DNA of 64,000 nt, taken from an uncultured Anaerolineales bacterium (GTDB lineage Bacteria > Chloroflexota > Anaerolineae > B4-G1). The notes under the pieces are model-generated. The model was not told the origin of the DNA. It saw nothing but the letters and a program-made list of their open reading frames with translations, and ran no database searches. Positions 61,293 to 64,000 of this stretch are shown piece by piece. Within the stretch, counting starts at the first letter, position 1. Every line of letters starts with the position of its first letter. The DNA lies in assembly GCA_964530325.1 (NCBI GenBank), contig CAZHAX010000003.1:11409-75408 (forward strand). Reading direction: 5' to 3'. The position numbers and the translations under genes were made by a program.

Positions 61293-61529
61293 CTACTTGG
61301 ACTCTTCCACTGCCACCAGGTGCGAGACCTTGGCCAGCATCCCCCGGATGACAGGGGTGTCGTTCTGCTCCACCACCTCGTCGATCCGCCGCAAGCCCAA
61401 GGCTTGTACAGTACGCTTCTGACGCTCCGCGTATCCGATCGGGCTTCGCACCAGCTTGATGCGCAGCTTGTTCTCGGCAGAACCGGTGCCCTGGCCGGAC
61501 TTGGCGGACCCCTTCGTCGTAGCGGTCAT
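61293..61529 (-). CDS. rpmD: 50S ribosomal protein L30
   Basis: '[11 protein letters not shown]...[11 protein letters not shown]'. The start overlaps the rpsE stop (ATGA). Confidence 0.8.
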   Translation of the reverse strand: MTATTKGSAKSGQGTGSAENKLRIKLVRSPIGYAERQKRTVQALGLRRIDEVVEQNDTPVIRGMLAKVSHLVAVEESK

Positions 61530-62065
61530 CGGCTACGGCTCCAGAAGGGCATCACGTCCGCCTCGGCTACGCCACGCTCACGTGCCACCTCTCCGGCGCT
61601 TCGCAGCTGCCTGAGCCCGTCCAGAGTGGCATAGACCACGTTCAAGGCGTTGGAGCTGCCGAGCGACTTGGTGAGCACGTCTCGTACACCGACCGCCTCC
61701 AGAACGGCGCGGGCTCCGCCGCCGGCGATCACGCCGGTTCCGGGCGAGGCTGGCTTGAGCAGCACATTCGCTCCCCCGCAGCGTCCCTCGACCTCGTGCG
61801 GTATGGTTGTGCCGGACAGCGTCAGCGTCTCCATGTTCTGCCTGGCCCGCTCAGCCGCCTTGCGGATGGCCGCCGGAACGCCGCGGGCCTTGCCCACGCC
61901 AACACCAACCTTTCCGCGATTGTCGCCAACAACGGCCACGACGCGGAAGCCGAACCGACGGCCACCCTTGACCACTGTGGCCACGCGATTGATGTCGACC
62001 ACGCGCTCGTCAAGCTCATCTCGATCCGCGAATCGCTCGCGGTTGCCGCCTCTGCCTCTGGCCAC
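61526..62065 (-). CDS. rpsE: 30S ribosomal protein S5
   Basis: Canonical S5 dsRBD plus C-terminal domain. Confidence 0.9.
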   Translation of the reverse strand: MARGRGGNRERFADRDELDERVVDINRVATVVKGGRRFGFRVVAVVGDNRGKVGVGVGKARGVPAAIRKAAERARQNMETLTLSGTTIPHEVEGRCGGANVLLKPASPGTGVIAGGGARAVLEAVGVRDVLTKSLGSSNALNVVYATLDGLRQLRSAGEVARERGVAEADVMPFWSRSR

Positions 62066-62081
62066 TCTGCCTCCTTACGCC

Positions 62082-62447
62082 TCAGAACTTGAGGCCGCCC
62101 TCCCGGGCCGCCTCCGCCAAGGCCTTCACGCGGCCGTGGTACTTGTAACCGCCGCGGTCGAACACCACTTCGGTGATGCCCTTGCTCACCGCACGCTCGG
62201 CAAGGACCTTGCCCACCACTCCGGCTCGCTCCGTCTTGTTCAGCCCTTTCAGCTTTGGCCCCACCTCGCGATCGATAGTCGACGCCGAGACCAGCGTCTG
62301 GCCCTTGCTGTCGTCGATAACCTGGGCGTAGATGTGAGTCAGGCTCCGGAAGACGTTCAAGCGCGGCTTCTCCTTCGTACCAGCCACGCGCTTCCGGACG
62401 CGCCTGTGCCGGCGCAGTCGGGCCTCACGACGGTCGATCTCTCCCAT
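62082..62447 (-). CDS. rplR: 50S ribosomal protein L18
   Basis: The start is at the internal Met (121 aa). '[13 protein letters not shown]...RLNVFRS'. Confidence 0.85.
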   Translation of the reverse strand: MGEIDRREARLRRHRRVRKRVAGTKEKPRLNVFRSLTHIYAQVIDDSKGQTLVSASTIDREVGPKLKGLNKTERAGVVGKVLAERAVSKGITEVVFDRGGYKYHGRVKALAEAAREGGLKF

Positions 62448-62478
62448 TCTCCTCAGCCTCGATTCACCAATCGGCGTG

Positions 62479-63027
62479 CTAGGCGACCTTGCCCGCCTTG
62501 CCGGCCTTCCGCCGGACGCGCTCATCCACGTACCGTATTCCCTTGCCCCGGTACGGCTCGGGCGGCCGCCAGGCACGAACCTCGGCTGCAACCTGTCCGA
62601 CCAGTTCCTTGTCGATGCCACTGATCGTGATCACCTTCGTGCGGGGCTCCACAGCGAATTGGATCCCCTCCGGTGGCCGGACCCGCACCGGGTGTGAGAA
62701 CCCCAGCTGCATCAGCAAGCTACCATCGCCCTCCAGCTCGACGCGGTAGGCCACCCCCTGCACCTCGAGCTGCTTCTGGAAACCCTCGGTGACCCCCACG
62801 ACCATGTTGTTGAGCAGCGCCCGCGTCAGCCCGTGGAGCGCTCTGTGACGGCGCTCGTCGCTGGGACGGCGCACCAGCAGGTTGCGATCCTCGAGGGCGA
62901 TCTCCATCTCCGGATGCAGGTCACGGCTCAGGTTGCCCTTCGGCCCCGTCACCGTAACACTGTTCTTCTTGATATCCACGCCTACCCCTTCGGGCAGAGC
63001 GATGGGCATACTACCGATTCGTGACAC
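62479..63027 (-). CDS. rplF: 50S ribosomal protein L6
   Basis: '[15 protein letters not shown]'. Confidence 0.9.
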   Translation of the reverse strand: MSRIGSMPIALPEGVGVDIKKNSVTVTGPKGNLSRDLHPEMEIALEDRNLLVRRPSDERRHRALHGLTRALLNNMVVGVTEGFQKQLEVQGVAYRVELEGDGSLLMQLGFSHPVRVRPPEGIQFAVEPRTKVITISGIDKELVGQVAAEVRAWRPPEPYRGKGIRYVDERVRRKAGKAGKVA

Positions 63028-63045
63028 TACATGCCTCCGCCAAGC

Positions 63046-63453
63046 CTACCACACGTAGCAGAGCACTTCGCCGCCTACGCCGAGGCGACGGGCCTGCTGC
63101 CCAGTGAGGACGCCCTTGGGCGTGGAGAGGATGGTCACTCCCATCCCGCTGCGCACCCAGGGGATCTCCGCCGCGCGAGTGTAGACGCGGCACCCCGGCT
63201 TGCTTACCCGCGTGAGGCCGGAAATCACCGAGTGGCGGTCTCTCCTCTCGCCGACGTACTTCATCGAGACCGTGATCGACCCCTGAGGCTTCGCCTCGAC
63301 CAACTTGTAGTCCTCGATGAAGCCCTGGGCTTTGAGGATCTTCGCTATCTCCTCCTTGATCTTGGAGGCCGGAATGCTGACGCTGGAATGCCCCGCCGTG
63401 CCGGCGTTGCGTATCCTGGTCAGCATATCGGAGATCGGATCAGTCACTGGCAT
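63046..63453 (-). CDS. rpsH: 30S ribosomal protein S8
   Basis: '[13 protein letters not shown]'. Confidence 0.95.
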   Translation of the reverse strand: MPVTDPISDMLTRIRNAGTAGHSSVSIPASKIKEEIAKILKAQGFIEDYKLVEAKPQGSITVSMKYVGERRDRHSVISGLTRVSKPGCRVYTRAAEIPWVRSGMGVTILSTPKGVLTGQQARRLGVGGEVLCYVW

Positions 63454-63469
63454 AGCACATCCTCACTGG

Positions 63470-63652
63470 CTACCAACTGGACTTGACCACGCCCGGGATC
63501 TCACCCCTGAGCGCGCGTTCACGAAAGCAGATGCGGCACAGCTGGAAACGCCGCATGTATCCTCGCGGCCTCCCGCAGACGCGGCACCTGTTGCGCACCT
63601 GCACCTCATGCTTGCGTCGCTGCTCCCGATGCGGAAGGCACGTTCTACTCAT
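63470..63652 (-). CDS. rpsZ: 30S ribosomal protein S14 type Z (zinc-binding)
   Basis: 60 aa with a 'CRVCGRPRG...CRICFRE' zinc ribbon. Confidence 0.9.
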   Translation of the reverse strand: MSRTCLPHREQRRKHEVQVRNRCRVCGRPRGYMRRFQLCRICFRERALRGEIPGVVKSSW

Positions 63653-64000
63653 GCGGCTTTCTCCTGCTCCCCGCCCCTGGACGGGCGGCTGAAAGGCATC
63701 CCCAGGGCTTGCAGCAGATGGCGGCCTTCTTCGTCCGTATTGGCCGTCGTCACAATGCTGATCTCCATGCCTCGAACCTTGTCTATCTTGTCGTAGCTAA
63801 TCTCGGGGAACACCAGTTGCTCCCTAAGCCCCAACGTCAGGTTGCCCCGGCCGTCCAGCTTGGCGGCGACGCCCCGGAAGTCTCGCTGCCTGGGCAGTGC
63901 TACGTTGAACAGCCGGTCCAGGAACGCCCACATACGCTCGCCGCGAAGCACCACCTTGACCCCAATCGAGCGCCCCTCACGGAGCTTGAACGTGGCAATT
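63649..64000 (-). CDS. rplE: 50S ribosomal protein L5, C-terminal part (gene continues beyond the window end)
   Basis: The ORF is open to 64000 with L5 C-terminal sequence. Its stop overlaps the rpsZ start. Confidence 0.85.
   Translation of the reverse strand, partial: IATFKLREGRSIGVKVVLRGERMWAFLDRLFNVALPRQRDFRGVAAKLDGRGNLTLGLREQLVFPEISYDKIDKVRGMEISIVTTANTDEEGRHLLQALGMPFSRPSRGGEQEKAA

Overview
High-GC (about 67%) bacterial chromosomal window, densely coded on both strands. The 5' third holds housekeeping genes: PBP2/RodA, glnS-gltX, rpe/rpiA, a Liv-type ABC operon, ppdK and dnaG-rpoD. The 3' end (53.0-64.0 kb, minus strand) is a conserved ribosomal/secY/adk/map/rpoA cluster with infA absent. 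A tRNA-Pro(CGG) with its own sigma70-like promoter and terminator hairpin lies at 51.4 kb. The middle (21-51 kb) is accessory-like. Its most distinctive content is a tandem array at 37.9-45.0 kb of four paralogous secreted proteins, one of them a pseudogene. Each has a signal peptide with a cysteine just after the hydrophobic core, a bacterial Ig (Big_7-like) domain in three of four, an NBR1-type FW domain, a Pro/Thr linker, and three copies of an unassigned Cys-bracketed GGG/NGW module of about 75 aa. The three intact copies carry a conserved ECF-sigma-type promoter (GTAAC-N17-CGTT). The disrupted copy has lost its -35 element and carries a nonsense codon plus a frameshift. Other notable items: an AhpD/CMD-family gene whose reading frame runs through an in-frame TGA exactly at the second Cys of the CxxC redox motif, making it a selenoprotein candidate; a cluster of GC-rich tandem hairpin repeats directly upstream of a DUF559 endonuclease-fold gene; an archaeal-type inositol-1-phosphate synthase paired with a CDP-alcohol phosphatidyltransferase beside an ArsR regulator; a thioredoxin-fold tandem with degenerate active sites and a (PEPEPx)n linker repeat; a divergent M50 protease and radical-SAM/TIM-like pair; and an ABC-2 permease fused to a SpoIIM-like domain. 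No CRISPR array, IS element or rRNA gene was seen. Gene starts are from sequence inspection only; several use GTG.
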